Assembly (NCBI GenBank): GCA_963805625.1
Contig: CAWDVE010000016.1
Coordinates: 128,001 to 192,000 of the forward strand
DNA from: an uncultured Candidatus Rokubacteria bacterium
GTDB taxonomy: Bacteria; Methylomirabilota; Methylomirabilia; Rokubacteriales; DASRDR01
Length of the DNA stretch: 64,000 nucleotides
Direction: 5' to 3'
The notes below the pieces were generated by a model that saw only the letters and a program-made list of their open reading frames with translations, did no database searches and was not told the origin of the DNA. Of this stretch, positions 27,469 to 37,912 are shown one piece after another; the first letter of the stretch is position 1; each line of letters begins with the position of its first letter. The translations under genes and the position numbers were made by a program.

Positions 27469-29250
27469 ATGCGCTGGCTCACAACAGCGGTGCTGGCGGT
27501 CCTGCTGGCCGGGCTCGCCAGCTTCTACTACGTCTACGAGATCCGTCAGGCGCCCGAACGCGAGAAGGCCGCTTCGGTCAAGGACCACCTCTGGAAGGAC
27601 CTCGAGGCGAAGGACGTCGAGGAGATCGTCGTCCGGAAGGGTGACGCCGAGACGCTCCGCCTGAAAAGGACTGGCGGGACCTGGAGCCTGGCCGCCCCCG
27701 TGTCGGCCTCGGCCGACTCGCGCGCAGCCGACGACCTGGCGACGTCCCTGGCGACGCTCCGCGTCGAGCGGGAGATCGAAGCCAACCCCCAGAAGCCCGC
27801 CGACTTCGGGCTGGCGCCGCCGGCCGCGGAGGTGACCTTCAAGGCCAAGGGGCAGGAGCGCACCGTCAAGCTGGGGGCGAAGAGCCCGAGCGGCGTCTGG
27901 GCTTACGCGCAGGAGGGAGGGAAGCCCGCGGTCCTCCTGGTGCCCGAGGGGCTCCTGAGGGACGCCCAGAAGCCACCGAGCGAGTTTCGTGACCGGACGC
28001 TCCTCGCATTCGAGCGGAAGGACGTCAAGACGGTGGAGGTGCGAGGCCCAGCGGGGCAGGTGGTGGCGGCCGCGGGCGTCAAGGGCGCGGACGAGTGGCA
28101 GCTCACCGCTCCCCTCACGACGCCCGCCGATCGGGAGGCGATCACCGGGCTGCTCGAGAAGCTCCGGGCGGCGAAGATCAAGGAGTTCGTGACCGACGCC
28201 CCCAAGAGTCCGGCCGAGTACGGGCTGGACCGGCCGACGCGGATCACGCTCGGCGTGGGCGAGGAGGCGTCGCGGACCGCGCGGACGCTCCGCTTCGGCA
28301 AGGCGGTGCCGGACAAGAAGGGCGTCTACGTCCAGCGGGAGGGCGACAGCACGGTCCTCCTCGTCGAGGAGGAGCTCTGGAAGGCGATCCCCGCGTCGGC
28401 GATGGCGCTCCGGGACAAGACGGTGTTCGTTTACGACCGGGGGAAGCTCGAGCGCGTTGAGCTCGAGAGCCCCAAGGGGAAGGTGGCGCTTGCCCTCCAG
28501 GATGGCAAGTGGCGCATCACCGCGCCCGTGGCGCTCCGGGCCGACGAGGGCGCGATGAGCCAGGTCCTCTTCAAGGCGCGGGACCTCCGGGCCCGGGATT
28601 TCGTGGCCGAGGACGCCAAGCGACTCGGTGCCTACGGCCTCGACAAGCCCCAGATCCGCATCAGCGTCTGGGAGAAGGAGGCCAAGGAGCCGAGGATCCT
28701 GCTCCTGGCTCCGGCCCGCGAGAAGGACCGCGCCTACGCGACCACCCTCGGCCAGGGCGCCGTCGGGGTGGCGGCGGTCGACGCGACGGTGCTGCAGGAC
28801 CTCGCGCGCGGCGTGACGGACCTCCGCGACCGGTCGCTGTCGGAGGCCTTCGACACGAGGGACGTCACCCGGGTCACGATCCAGCGCCCGAACGTGACCC
28901 TGTCGCTCGACCGGACCGGGGCGGGTGAGGAGGACTGGCAGCTCGCCGCCCCGAAGAAGGGGAAGACCCGCGGGAGCCGCGTGAGCGAGCTGCTCTGGAC
29001 CCTCCGCAACCTCAAGTGGAAGGACCTCGTCGCGGAACAGGGCTGGGACCCGGCCCGCTACGGCCTCGACGCCGCCGCCACGACGGTCACGCTTGCGGGC
29101 AAGGACGGCCAGTCGATCGCCGCGCTGGTCATCGGCAAGCAGGAGGCCGGTCTCACGTACGTCCGGATCCCCGGCCAGCCGGCACTGTATGCCATCGACT
29201 CGAAGACGCTGGGCGACCTGCCCGGTACGCCCGAGGAGCTGCTCCTCTAG
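27469..29250 (+). CDS. DUF4340 domain protein with four tandem repeats
   Basis: Repeated W-x-(L/I)-x-A-P...(F/Y)GL and RD(R/K)(T/S) motifs; N-terminal anchor. Confidence 0.85.
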   Translation: MRWLTTAVLAVLLAGLASFYYVYEIRQAPEREKAASVKDHLWKDLEAKDVEEIVVRKGDAETLRLKRTGGTWSLAAPVSASADSRAADDLATSLATLRVEREIEANPQKPADFGLAPPAAEVTFKAKGQERTVKLGAKSPSGVWAYAQEGGKPAVLLVPEGLLRDAQKPPSEFRDRTLLAFERKDVKTVEVRGPAGQVVAAAGVKGADEWQLTAPLTTPADREAITGLLEKLRAAKIKEFVTDAPKSPAEYGLDRPTRITLGVGEEASRTARTLRFGKAVPDKKGVYVQREGDSTVLLVEEELWKAIPASAMALRDKTVFVYDRGKLERVELESPKGKVALALQDGKWRITAPVALRADEGAMSQVLFKARDLRARDFVAEDAKRLGAYGLDKPQIRISVWEKEAKEPRILLLAPAREKDRAYATTLGQGAVGVAAVDATVLQDLARGVTDLRDRSLSEAFDTRDVTRVTIQRPNVTLSLDRTGAGEEDWQLAAPKKGKTRGSRVSELLWTLRNLKWKDLVAEQGWDPARYGLDAAATTVTLAGKDGQSIAALVIGKQEAGLTYVRIPGQPALYAIDSKTLGDLPGTPEELLL

Positions 29251-29319
29251 TGCGGCTCGCGCCGCGTCTCTCACCCGCGGCGAGGTGCCGAGCCGGCTCG
29301 GCAGATTTCTGAGCGAGCG

Positions 29320-30105
29320 ATGGCGGAGCAGATCCTCCTCGAGGTAGCGGACGGAGTCGCCATCCTCACGCTGAACCAGCCCGCGCGCCGCAACCCGATG
29401 AGCGAGCGCATGGGCCAGGAGCTGGCCGAGGCGCTCCGCGGCGTCGAGGCGCGCGAGGACGTGCGCGTCCTCATCCTGGCCGGGGCTGGGGAATCCTTCT
29501 GCGCCGGCGGTGACATGGCGCTCATCGAGGCGAACACGCGCCGGGACGTCGAGGCGCGCCGCCAGGTGATGCGCGCCTACTACGACCGCTATCTCACGCT
29601 GCTGCGCCTCCCGATTCCCACGATCGCCGCCGTCCACGGTCACGCGGTCGGCGGCGGGCTGGCCCTCGCGCTGGCCTGCGACCTCCGGTACGCGGCGGAG
29701 GACGCTCGACTCAGCGTCAACTTCGCGCGCCTGGGACTCCACCCGGGCATGGCGTCGACCCTGACGCTGCCGCGCGTGATCGGCGTGGCGCGGGCGCTCG
29801 AGCTCTTCTACACCGGCCGGGTCGTCACCGGGCGCGAGGCCGAGGCGATCGGTCTGGTGAACCGGGCGGTGCCGCGCGGCGAGCTGATGTCGGCGGTGCT
29901 CGAGACCGCCCGGTCGATCGCGGCCAGCGCGCCACTCGTCGTGCGGATGCTCAAGCGCGCCGTGTACCAGGGGCTCGAGAGCGCCGTCACGGCGGCGGTC
30001 GAGTACGAAGCCTTCTGCCAGGCCATCACCTTCGGGAGCGAGGACCTCCGGGAAGGGCTCGCCGCCGCGCGAGAGCGCCGAGCCCCGCGCTTCGTGGGCC
30101 GGTGA
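29320..30105 (+). CDS. Enoyl-CoA hydratase/isomerase family protein
   Basis: FCAGGDM, PTIAAVHGHAVGGG, CDLR, SEDLREG. Confidence 0.93.
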   Translation: MAEQILLEVADGVAILTLNQPARRNPMSERMGQELAEALRGVEAREDVRVLILAGAGESFCAGGDMALIEANTRRDVEARRQVMRAYYDRYLTLLRLPIPTIAAVHGHAVGGGLALALACDLRYAAEDARLSVNFARLGLHPGMASTLTLPRVIGVARALELFYTGRVVTGREAEAIGLVNRAVPRGELMSAVLETARSIAASAPLVVRMLKRAVYQGLESAVTAAVEYEAFCQAITFGSEDLREGLAAARERRAPRFVGR

Positions 30106-30818
30106 CGGGGTCGATGGGAGACGTCGGGTCGAGCGAGCTCTACCTCCGGCAGATGGAGCTCGGCCCCATGCAGAACTTCGCCTACCTCGTGGGAGACCGC
30201 GAGGCGGGCGAGTGCGTCGTGGTCGACCCGGCGTGGGAGATCGACACCATTGTCCGGACGGCCGAGGCCGACGGGCTCCGGATCACGGGCGCGCTCGTCA
30301 CGCACACGCACCAGGATCACGTGGGCGGGAGCCTGGCCGACTGGGGGATGCCCGGACGAATCCCTGGCGTCGAGGAGCTCCTCGGTCGGGTCCGGGCCAA
30401 GGTCTACGTCCACCGAGCCGAGCGCGAGTTCCTCCGCGGGTTCGGCTCCGACCTGGTCCAGGTGGAGAGCGCGATGGACCTCCCGGTCGGGCGGTTCACG
30501 ATCACGTTCGTCCACACCCCCGGCCACACTCCTGGCTCGCAGTGCTTTCTCGTCGCCGGGCGACTGGTCTCGGGCGACACGCTCTTCATCCAGGCGTGCG
30601 GCCGGACGGACCTGCCGGGCGGCGACCCGACCGAGATGCACCGAAGCCTCACCCAGCGGCTCGGGCGGCTCCCCGACGACACGATCCTCTTGCCCGGCCA
30701 CAACTATGGCGGCCCCCGGTCGACCCTCGGCGCCGAGAAGCGCGAGAACCCGTTCCTCCAGATGGGCCTCGGTGACTTCCTGCGCGCCATGGGCGGCGGC
30801 CGGATCGCCCTGCCCTAG
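30102..30818 (+). CDS. MBL-fold metallo-hydrolase (glyoxalase II/ETHE1-like)
   Basis: THTHQDHVGG, HTPGHTPGS, SGDTLF, CGRTDL, PGHNY. Confidence 0.92.
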   Translation: MTGSMGDVGSSELYLRQMELGPMQNFAYLVGDREAGECVVVDPAWEIDTIVRTAEADGLRITGALVTHTHQDHVGGSLADWGMPGRIPGVEELLGRVRAKVYVHRAEREFLRGFGSDLVQVESAMDLPVGRFTITFVHTPGHTPGSQCFLVAGRLVSGDTLFIQACGRTDLPGGDPTEMHRSLTQRLGRLPDDTILLPGHNYGGPRSTLGAEKRENPFLQMGLGDFLRAMGGGRIALP

Positions 30819-30993
30819 CCGATCCATGCCCGGGCGCGGCAACCAATGCGCGGGGCGTCGAGGCGGTGCCCTGTCGCCAGGCCGTGCGGGGAACTTCGGG
30901 TGTGGGCTATCCTGACGCGACCGGCATGCGATTCCCGGGGGCAATCTGGACACCGCGCTGATCGAGCTGATCAAGCGGCTCGGCGCCGGGGAT

Positions 30994-32604
30994 ATGAGCG
31001 CCCGGGCCGAGCTTCGCCAGCACCCGGGCGAGGTGGCGGGAGCTCTTGACCAGATCGTGGCCGAGCTTGAGCAGCGCACGACCCAGCTCGCAGAGGCGGA
31101 GTCCCAGTTCCACGCGCTGATCGAACAATCCCTGGTCGGCATCTACCTCACCACCTACGACCATTTCGTCTACCTCAACGAGGCCGCCCTGCAGATGCTC
31201 GGCTACCCGGCGGACGAGCTCTTGGGCCGGCGCGGTCCGCTCGACATCGTCCACCCCGGGGATCGCGCGGTCATGGAGCGGAATCTCCGGCGGCGCATCG
31301 CCGGCGACCTCGATGCCGTCCGGTATAGCGTCCGGGTGGTGCGAGCGGACGGAGCCATCGTCCACCTGGACGTGCACGGCCGACGGGTGCTCAGCGGCGG
31401 CCGGCCCGCTGTGCTCGGCGTGGCGGTCGACGTCACGGAGCGGCGTCGCAATCGCAAAGAGCTCCAGCACCAGCGGGAGACCTTGCTCCGCAGCGAGCGG
31501 CTCGCCACGATCGGCGAGCTCCTGGGAGGCGTGGCGCACGAGCTGAACAGCCCGCTCACCGTGATTCTCGGGCAGGCGAGTCTCCTGACTCAGATGGTCC
31601 CCGATGGGCCGATCGCCGAGCGCGCCCGGCGCATCCAGGACGCGGCCGAGCGGGCCGCGCGTATCGTGCAGACCTTCCTGGCCGTGGTGCGGGACACCCC
31701 GCTGGCGCGCGCGGAAGTGTCGCTGAACCGGGTCGCCCGAGAGGCACTCCAGCTGCTCGAGTACCAGCTGCGCGTGGCGACGATCGAGCCTGTGCTGGAT
31801 CTCTCGGACGCTCTTCCCGTCGTCTGGGGCGACCCGCATCAGCTCCACCAGGCCGTGGTCAACCTCCTCACGAACGCGTATCACGCGGTCCGCTCGAGCC
31901 CGCTCCCGCGGCGCATCCGGCTGAGCACCACGTTCGACATTGAGCGCGCTCGGGTCGCGCTCGAGGTGACGGACACTGGTCCGGGGATTCCTGAGGCGAT
32001 CCGGCCTCGGATCTTCGAGCCGTTCTTCACGACCAAGCCGATCGGCGTCGGGACGGGCCTCGGGCTTTCCGTTTGCCGGGACATTCTCCATGAGCATCAT
32101 GGGACGATCGCGCTGGTCGAGACGCCGGGACCCGGCGCGACGTTCCGCATCGAGCTGCCGCTTGGCGCTCCCTCCGCCACGGGGGTCGACCGCGACGCGG
32201 GCGCGAGCCAGCTGGCCGTCTCGGGCGCGAGCATCCTGCTCGTGGATGATGAACCGGAGATCCTGGGGACGTTGGCCGAGATCCTGACGTATGCCGGCCA
32301 CCGGGTGGAGACCGCCGCCGATGGGACCGCCGCGCTCGCGCGCCTGGACAGCCGATCCTTCGACGTCATCGTGAGCGACGTACGGATGCCCGGCCTCGAT
32401 GGTCCCGGGCTGTATGCGGAGATCGGGCGCCGATTCCCGTCACTTCGGGAGCGCATCGTGTTCCTGACTGGAGACACGCTAAACGCGGAGACGCGGGAGT
32501 TCCTGGAGCGGACGGGGGCCGTGAGTCTCGGCAAGCCGTTTCTCGTCGCCAAGGTGACGCAGGCGATTCAGCGGGCGCTTGGCGGTCGGCCGCCAGTCGA
32601 CTGA
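30994..32604 (+). CDS. PAS-domain hybrid sensor histidine kinase/response regulator
   Basis: PAS (IVHPGDR), H-box [35 protein letters not shown]; receiver LLVDDE, SDVRMP, KPF. Confidence 0.95.
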   Translation: MSARAELRQHPGEVAGALDQIVAELEQRTTQLAEAESQFHALIEQSLVGIYLTTYDHFVYLNEAALQMLGYPADELLGRRGPLDIVHPGDRAVMERNLRRRIAGDLDAVRYSVRVVRADGAIVHLDVHGRRVLSGGRPAVLGVAVDVTERRRNRKELQHQRETLLRSERLATIGELLGGVAHELNSPLTVILGQASLLTQMVPDGPIAERARRIQDAAERAARIVQTFLAVVRDTPLARAEVSLNRVAREALQLLEYQLRVATIEPVLDLSDALPVVWGDPHQLHQAVVNLLTNAYHAVRSSPLPRRIRLSTTFDIERARVALEVTDTGPGIPEAIRPRIFEPFFTTKPIGVGTGLGLSVCRDILHEHHGTIALVETPGPGATFRIELPLGAPSATGVDRDAGASQLAVSGASILLVDDEPEILGTLAEILTYAGHRVETAADGTAALARLDSRSFDVIVSDVRMPGLDGPGLYAEIGRRFPSLRERIVFLTGDTLNAETREFLERTGAVSLGKPFLVAKVTQAIQRALGGRPPVD

Positions 32605-32661
32605 CGCGTAGCTGACTCGTAGCTCGTTGACCCCCCCGGGCGACAGCGCTACCCTCGCCAC

Positions 32662-34095
32662 GTGGCGCTCGACTTGGTGGTCCGCGGAGGCACCGTCGTC
32701 ACCCCCCAGGGGGTCGGTCCGTGGGACGTGGGCGTCCAGGGTGAGCGCATTGCCGTGCTGGCGCTGCCCGGGACCTTGCCGACGGACGGCGCCCGGGTTC
32801 TGGACGCCTCGGGACGGGTCGTCGCGCCGGGCGGTGTCGAGCCCCACACCCACCTCGCTCACGCGATCCGCACCCGCCCCGATGACCCCGGCCTGACCCT
32901 CGGCCCCGAGGAGGACACCCGCGGCATGGCGTGCGGCGGCACGACCACGCACATCGACTTCGCCTTCGTCCGGCCGGGGAGCGGCATCGCCGAGACCCTC
33001 GAGCAGCGGGCGGCCCGCTGGGCGGGGCGCTCCCACGTCGACTACAGCTTCCACGTCACCCTCTGCGGGGCGCTGCCGCTCGCCGTCTTCGCCGAGATGC
33101 GGGAGGCGATCGAAGCGGGCTTCCCGAGCTTCAAGGTGTTCACGACGGACGTCCTGCCGCCGCATCCGAAGCGGCCCTCGTTCCGGCTCGATTTCGGACG
33201 GATCGAGCTCGCGATGCGGGAGGCGGCCCGGCACGGCGGCCTCATGACGGTCCACGCGGAGGATGACGAGCTGGTGCAGACCGCCTACGAGCGCTTCCGC
33301 GCCGAGGGACGGCTGGACGGGACGAACATGCACCTCGTCCACACGAAGCTCTCGGAGCAGCTGGCCTTCGGGCGGGCGATCGGACTGGGGCGGGCGACGG
33401 GCGCCGGCATCTACTTCGTCCACACCTCCGCCCGGGAAGGGCTCGAGGCCGTCGAGGCGGCGCGGGCGGCGGGCGCTCCCGTCTATGCGGAGACCCTCCA
33501 CCAGTACGCTTGCTTCGACGCCGAGTACTACAAGACGCCCCGTGGCTTCTGCGCTCACACGTACCCGTCGCTCAAGCTGCCGGAGGACCGGGAGGCGCTC
33601 TGGCGCGGGCTGGTGGAGGGCGGCGTCTCGACCCTGGCGACGGACGAGTACCCCACCAGCCTCGCACTGAAGCTGCGCGGCCGCACGATCGAGGACGTGA
33701 CCGGCGGCAACCTCGGCGCGGAGGCGCGCATGGGCATCGCGTTCACGGAGGGGGTCGTCAAGCGTGGCATGTCGCTCGAGCGATTCGCCGCGGTCACCGC
33801 GACGAACGCCGCGCGGATTTTCGGGCTCCACCCGCGGAAAGGCATCATCGCGCCGGGCAGCGACGCCGACCTCGTCCTGATCGACCCGGCGATCCGGAAG
33901 ACCCTCACACGCGACGACTTTCACGTGAGCGACTACAGTCCGTGGGAGGGCTGGGCCGTGTCCGGCTGGCCGGTCACCACGCTCCTCCGCGGCAAGGTGA
34001 TCGCGGACCGCGGTCAGCTGCTCGGCGACGTCGGGGACGGCCGGCTCGTTCCCCGCCGGATCGATCCGGCGGTGCTCCGCCACCCCGTCTGCTGA
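32662..34095 (+). CDS. Dihydropyrimidinase/hydantoinase-like amidohydrolase
   Basis: PGGVEPHTH, GGTTT, SFKVF, HAED, KGIIAPGSDADLV, YSPWEG. Confidence 0.88.
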   Translation: MALDLVVRGGTVVTPQGVGPWDVGVQGERIAVLALPGTLPTDGARVLDASGRVVAPGGVEPHTHLAHAIRTRPDDPGLTLGPEEDTRGMACGGTTTHIDFAFVRPGSGIAETLEQRAARWAGRSHVDYSFHVTLCGALPLAVFAEMREAIEAGFPSFKVFTTDVLPPHPKRPSFRLDFGRIELAMREAARHGGLMTVHAEDDELVQTAYERFRAEGRLDGTNMHLVHTKLSEQLAFGRAIGLGRATGAGIYFVHTSAREGLEAVEAARAAGAPVYAETLHQYACFDAEYYKTPRGFCAHTYPSLKLPEDREALWRGLVEGGVSTLATDEYPTSLALKLRGRTIEDVTGGNLGAEARMGIAFTEGVVKRGMSLERFAAVTATNAARIFGLHPRKGIIAPGSDADLVLIDPAIRKTLTRDDFHVSDYSPWEGWAVSGWPVTTLLRGKVIADRGQLLGDVGDGRLVPRRIDPAVLRHPVC

Positions 34096-34110
34096 CCGGG
34101 AGCGACCCGC

Positions 34111-35343
34111 TCAGGCCGGTGTCGCCGGCAGACTCGCGCCTGTCCGCCACGGCCGGGTCGCCGCCAGGAGGAGAAGCAGGCCGAGGCCGAGGCTTCCGTT
34201 GAGCAGGAAGGCCGCGGAGACGCCGTAGCGCTCCGAGGTCGCGCCGACGAGGAAGGAGCCGAACGGGAACACGCCACCGTAGACCCACGTGTAGAGGCTC
34301 ATGACCCGCCCCCGGAGCTCGTCCGGCGACCCGAGCTGGATGGCCGTGTTGCACCCCGTCACGGTGATGATCCCCGCGAAGCCAATCACGAAGAGCATCG
34401 GAACGGCCGCCCAGACGTGGTGGACCGTCGAGAGCCCGAGGAGGCCGGTGCAGGCCACCGCCGCGGTGCCGAGGAGCAGGCCGAGGCCGGGCTCCGGGTT
34501 GGCCCGCGCGCCGAGGGCCAGGGCGCCCGCGACCGCCCCCACCCCGAGCGCGGCCATCAGGAACCCGAACCCCTCCGGCCCGAGCTGGAGGACCGTCCGC
34601 GCGAGAAGCGGGACGTAGACCGTGAAGTTGAAGACGCAGAGGCTCACGACGAAGAGGACACCCAGCACGGCGCGCATGCGAGGCGTCCGAGCCACGTGGC
34701 GCACGCCTTCCGCGATGTCGCGGCGGAGGGACGCGCCGCGCGCGGGCTGCGCAGCCTGGTCGTCGGACAGGCCGAGTAGCGTGGCCAGCACGACCGCGAA
34801 CCCGAGGCCATTGACGACGAAGGCGGGAACCACGCCGAGCCGCGCGATCAGGAGGCCCGCAACCGCCGGGCCCACGATACGCGCCGCGTTGAACGAGGCC
34901 GAGTTGAGCGCGACCGCGTTCACGAGGTCCTTCCGGCCGACCAGCCTCATCACGAAGGACTGCCGCACGGGAGCATCGAGCGTGTTGGCCAGGCCGGTGA
35001 CGAGCCCGAGCAGCGCGATCTGCCAGTAGCGGGTCCGTCCGGTCGCCACGAGCAGGGCCAGGGCCCACGCCTGGCACGCGAGCACCGCCTGGGTGGCGAT
35101 CAGCAGGCGCCGCTGCGGCCGGCGATCGGCGATCACCCCGGCAACCGGCGAGAGCAGGAGGATCGGCCCGAACTGGAGCGTCCCGAGGAGACCCAGCTTG
35201 AACGGCGAGTTCGTGAGCTGGAGGACGAGCCACGCCTGGGACACCGTCTGCATCCAGGTGCCCACGAGCGCGACGAGCTGCGCGAGGAAGAAGGTGCGGA
35301 ACGGCCGGTGGTTCAACGCGCGAAGCCCGTGGGGAAGCGCCAT
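34111..35343 (-). CDS. MFS transporter (MFS_3/DHA3-like)
   Basis: ALNHRPFRTFF...SQAWLVLQLT, NAVALNSASFNAARIVGPA, LRGRVMS; ATG at 35343. Confidence 0.92.
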   Translation of the reverse strand: MALPHGLRALNHRPFRTFFLAQLVALVGTWMQTVSQAWLVLQLTNSPFKLGLLGTLQFGPILLLSPVAGVIADRRPQRRLLIATQAVLACQAWALALLVATGRTRYWQIALLGLVTGLANTLDAPVRQSFVMRLVGRKDLVNAVALNSASFNAARIVGPAVAGLLIARLGVVPAFVVNGLGFAVVLATLLGLSDDQAAQPARGASLRRDIAEGVRHVARTPRMRAVLGVLFVVSLCVFNFTVYVPLLARTVLQLGPEGFGFLMAALGVGAVAGALALGARANPEPGLGLLLGTAAVACTGLLGLSTVHHVWAAVPMLFVIGFAGIITVTGCNTAIQLGSPDELRGRVMSLYTWVYGGVFPFGSFLVGATSERYGVSAAFLLNGSLGLGLLLLLAATRPWRTGASLPATPA

Positions 35344-35396
35344 GACCCGCGACAGTGTACCGCCGCTCGTCGTCCCGGACCGGGTGCGCAGGGCCC

Positions 35397-35402
35397 TATA
35401 AT
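35397..35402 (+). promoter_or_regulatory. -10 box of the thiolase gene
   Basis: Perfect TATAAT about 20 nt before ATG 35423. Confidence 0.55.
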
Positions 35403-35422
35403 GGCCGGTGGGAGGACCCACC

Positions 35423-36622
35423 ATGCCGGACGCCTTCATCTGCGACGCTGCCCGGACCCCCATCGGCCGCTACGGCGGCGCTCTCGCGCCCGTCCGGCCC
35501 GACGACCTCGCCGCGATCCCGATCCGGGCGCTCGTGGGGCGCCATCCGCGGGTCGACTGGGCGCGCGTCGACGACGTCATCCTCGGCTGCGCCAACCAGG
35601 CGGGTGAGGACAACCGGAACGTGGCGCGGATGGCGACGCTCCTCGCGGGCCTGCCGGTCGAGATCTCCGGGGCGACGATCAACCGCCTCTGCGGCTCCGG
35701 GCTCGACGCGGTGGCCACGGCGGCGCGGCTGGTTCGCGCGGGCGAGGCGGATCTCATCGTCGCCGGCGGTGTGGAGAGCATGTCACGGGCGCCCTTCGTC
35801 ATGGGCAAGGCCGACGCCCCCTTCGCGCGCGACACCCGCCTGTACGACACGACGATCGGCTGGCGGTTCGTCAATCCGCGGATGCAGGAGCTATTCGGCA
35901 CCGACGCGATGGGGGAGACCGCGGAGAACGTCGCCGAGGAGTGGAAGATCGAGCGCACCGACCAGGATGCCTTCGCCCTCCGGAGCCAGCACCGGGCGCG
36001 GGCCGCGCAGCGGAGCGGGCGCCTCGCGCAGGAGATCGTGCCCGTCGCCGTGCCCCGGGGCAAGGAGACCGTCCAGGTCGCCGAGGACGAGCATCCGCGC
36101 GACACCACGCTCGAGGCTCTCGCCCGTCTCAGGCCCGCCTTCCGGGCCGGAGGCACCGTGACGGCGGGCAATGCGTCCGGCGTGAACGACGGCGCCTGTG
36201 CGCTCCTCGTCGCCTCCGAGGGCGCCGCGGCCGCCTACGGCCTCACGCCCCGGGTGCGCGTCGTCGCGGGGGCCACGGCCGGTGTGCCCCCCCGTGTCAT
36301 GGGGATCGGCCCCGTGCCGGCGACGCGCAAGCTGCTGGCGCGCATCGGCGTCGACATCGCCCGGATCGACGTGGTCGAGCTGAACGAGGCGTTCGCGGCC
36401 CAGGCGCTGGCCGTGCTCCGCGACCTCGGGCTCCCCGACGACGCCGAGCACGTGAACCCGAACGGTGGTGCCATCGCACTCGGGCACCCGCTCGGGATGA
36501 GCGGCGCCCGCCTCGCGACGACGGCGACCTACGAGCTCCAGGCGCGGGGCGGCCGCTACGCCCTCTGCACGATGTGCATCGGCGTCGGCCAGGGCATCGC
36601 GGTCCTGCTGGAGCGGGTCTGA
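35423..36622 (+). CDS. pcaF: 3-oxoadipyl-CoA thiolase (PcaF/PaaJ)
   Basis: [57 protein letters not shown]. Confidence 0.93.
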   Translation: MPDAFICDAARTPIGRYGGALAPVRPDDLAAIPIRALVGRHPRVDWARVDDVILGCANQAGEDNRNVARMATLLAGLPVEISGATINRLCGSGLDAVATAARLVRAGEADLIVAGGVESMSRAPFVMGKADAPFARDTRLYDTTIGWRFVNPRMQELFGTDAMGETAENVAEEWKIERTDQDAFALRSQHRARAAQRSGRLAQEIVPVAVPRGKETVQVAEDEHPRDTTLEALARLRPAFRAGGTVTAGNASGVNDGACALLVASEGAAAAYGLTPRVRVVAGATAGVPPRVMGIGPVPATRKLLARIGVDIARIDVVELNEAFAAQALAVLRDLGLPDDAEHVNPNGGAIALGHPLGMSGARLATTATYELQARGGRYALCTMCIGVGQGIAVLLERV

Positions 36623-36644
36623 GCGGGCGGGAGGATCCTAGGCC

Positions 36645-37019
36645 ATGACGACGGTCAACGTCCGCTACATGGTCGACGATGTCGATGCCGCCATCGCGTT
36701 CTACACTACCCACCTCGGCTTCAGCCTGCTCACCCGGATGGCGCCGGCCTTCGCCGACGTCGCCCGGGGCGACCTCCGGCTCCTCCTCAGCGCGCGGACC
36801 AGCTCGGCCGGGCGGGCCATGCCCGATGGCCGCCAGCCCGTCGCCGGGGGCTGGAACCGGATCCAGCTGGTCGTCGACGATATCGTCGCCGAGGTGAGTC
36901 GCTTGCGAGCCGCCGGGGTACCGTTTCGCAACGAGATCGTGCGGGGTCCGGGGGGTGCCCAGATCCTGATCGACGACCCGTCCGGCAATCCCATCGAGCT
37001 CTTCCAGCCCGCTCGCTGA
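36645..37019 (+). CDS. VOC/glyoxalase family protein
   Basis: VRYMVDDVDAAIAFY, GPGGAQILIDDPSGNPIELF. Confidence 0.92.
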   Translation: MTTVNVRYMVDDVDAAIAFYTTHLGFSLLTRMAPAFADVARGDLRLLLSARTSSAGRAMPDGRQPVAGGWNRIQLVVDDIVAEVSRLRAAGVPFRNEIVRGPGGAQILIDDPSGNPIELFQPAR

Positions 37020-37074
37020 CGGCGGTTCGGCACCGCGCGCGGGGGCTCGAGCGGGCCGTAGCCCGGGTTCGGGG

Positions 37075-37905
37075 CTATCCGCCGAGGAAGGTGCCGAGCC
37101 GGCGCGTGAAGTCCTCGCGCTCCTCGGTCTGAGGCGAGTGGCCGCTCGCCTCGAAGATCGTGAGCTCCGAGTGCGGGATCAGCCGGTGGATCTGCTCGGC
37201 CTGGTCGACGGGGCAGATCCAGTCGTGACGCCCCACCATGACGAGGGTGGGGCAGGTGATGCGCGGGAGCTCGGGCCGGCAATCGTAGGTCGGGTACTCG
37301 TGCTGGATGATGAACTGCCGCACGGCGATCCGGTACCGCGTGTCGGCGCGCGCCGCGTTCGCGGCCTCGGCCAGCGCCTTGTCGTGAAAGTAGAGCGGCC
37401 GGATCGTCTCGAAGGCGCGCCGGAAGCTCTGGTCGTCGGGGAGCGAGCCGTCCCAGAGCGAGCGGTACGCCGCCCATTGCTCGGGCGTTGCCTGGCGGCG
37501 CGCGTTGGCTTCCGCGCGCGGCATGAACTCGTGGCTCGCCGCTGCCCCGACGACGGCGAGCCGGCGAATCGAGCCGGGGTGACGCGCGGCGTACATGAGG
37601 GCGAGGTACCCGCCCCAGCTGATGCCGAGCACATCGACCGGGCCGAGGCCGAGCGCGAGCCGCACGCCCTCCGCGTCCGCCACCAGCTGGTCCTGTGTGC
37701 ACTGCTCGACGGGGACCCACTCGGAGCGCCCGTGGCCGCGGTGGTCCCAGAAGACCATGCGAAGGCCGAGCGGGCCCGCCAGCGGTCCGAGCGAGCGGAC
37801 GAGCCCCGCCGAGTCCGTGCCGGGGCCGCCGTGGGGGACGAGGCAGGGCGCCCCGTCCCCCACGTCCTCCGCGTGGAGGGTCGTTCCGTTGACGCGGAGC
37901 TCCAC
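37075..37905 (-). CDS. Alpha/beta hydrolase (proline iminopeptidase-like)
   Basis: HGGPG, DHRGHGRS, GISWGG, GRHD, SGH. Confidence 0.92.
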   Translation of the reverse strand: MELRVNGTTLHAEDVGDGAPCLVPHGGPGTDSAGLVRSLGPLAGPLGLRMVFWDHRGHGRSEWVPVEQCTQDQLVADAEGVRLALGLGPVDVLGISWGGYLALMYAARHPGSIRRLAVVGAAASHEFMPRAEANARRQATPEQWAAYRSLWDGSLPDDQSFRRAFETIRPLYFHDKALAEAANAARADTRYRIAVRQFIIQHEYPTYDCRPELPRITCPTLVMVGRHDWICPVDQAEQIHRLIPHSELTIFEASGHSPQTEEREDFTRRLGTFLGG

Positions 37906-37912
37906 GTCGTTC

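Noticed and set aside
19978-29742. Very long minus-strand ORFs (1204 aa and 1257 aa), plus similar ones such as 171-1898 and 49275-51023
   Set aside because: They are antisense shadows of recognisable genes, expected in high-GC DNA with few stop codons, and have no protein motifs.
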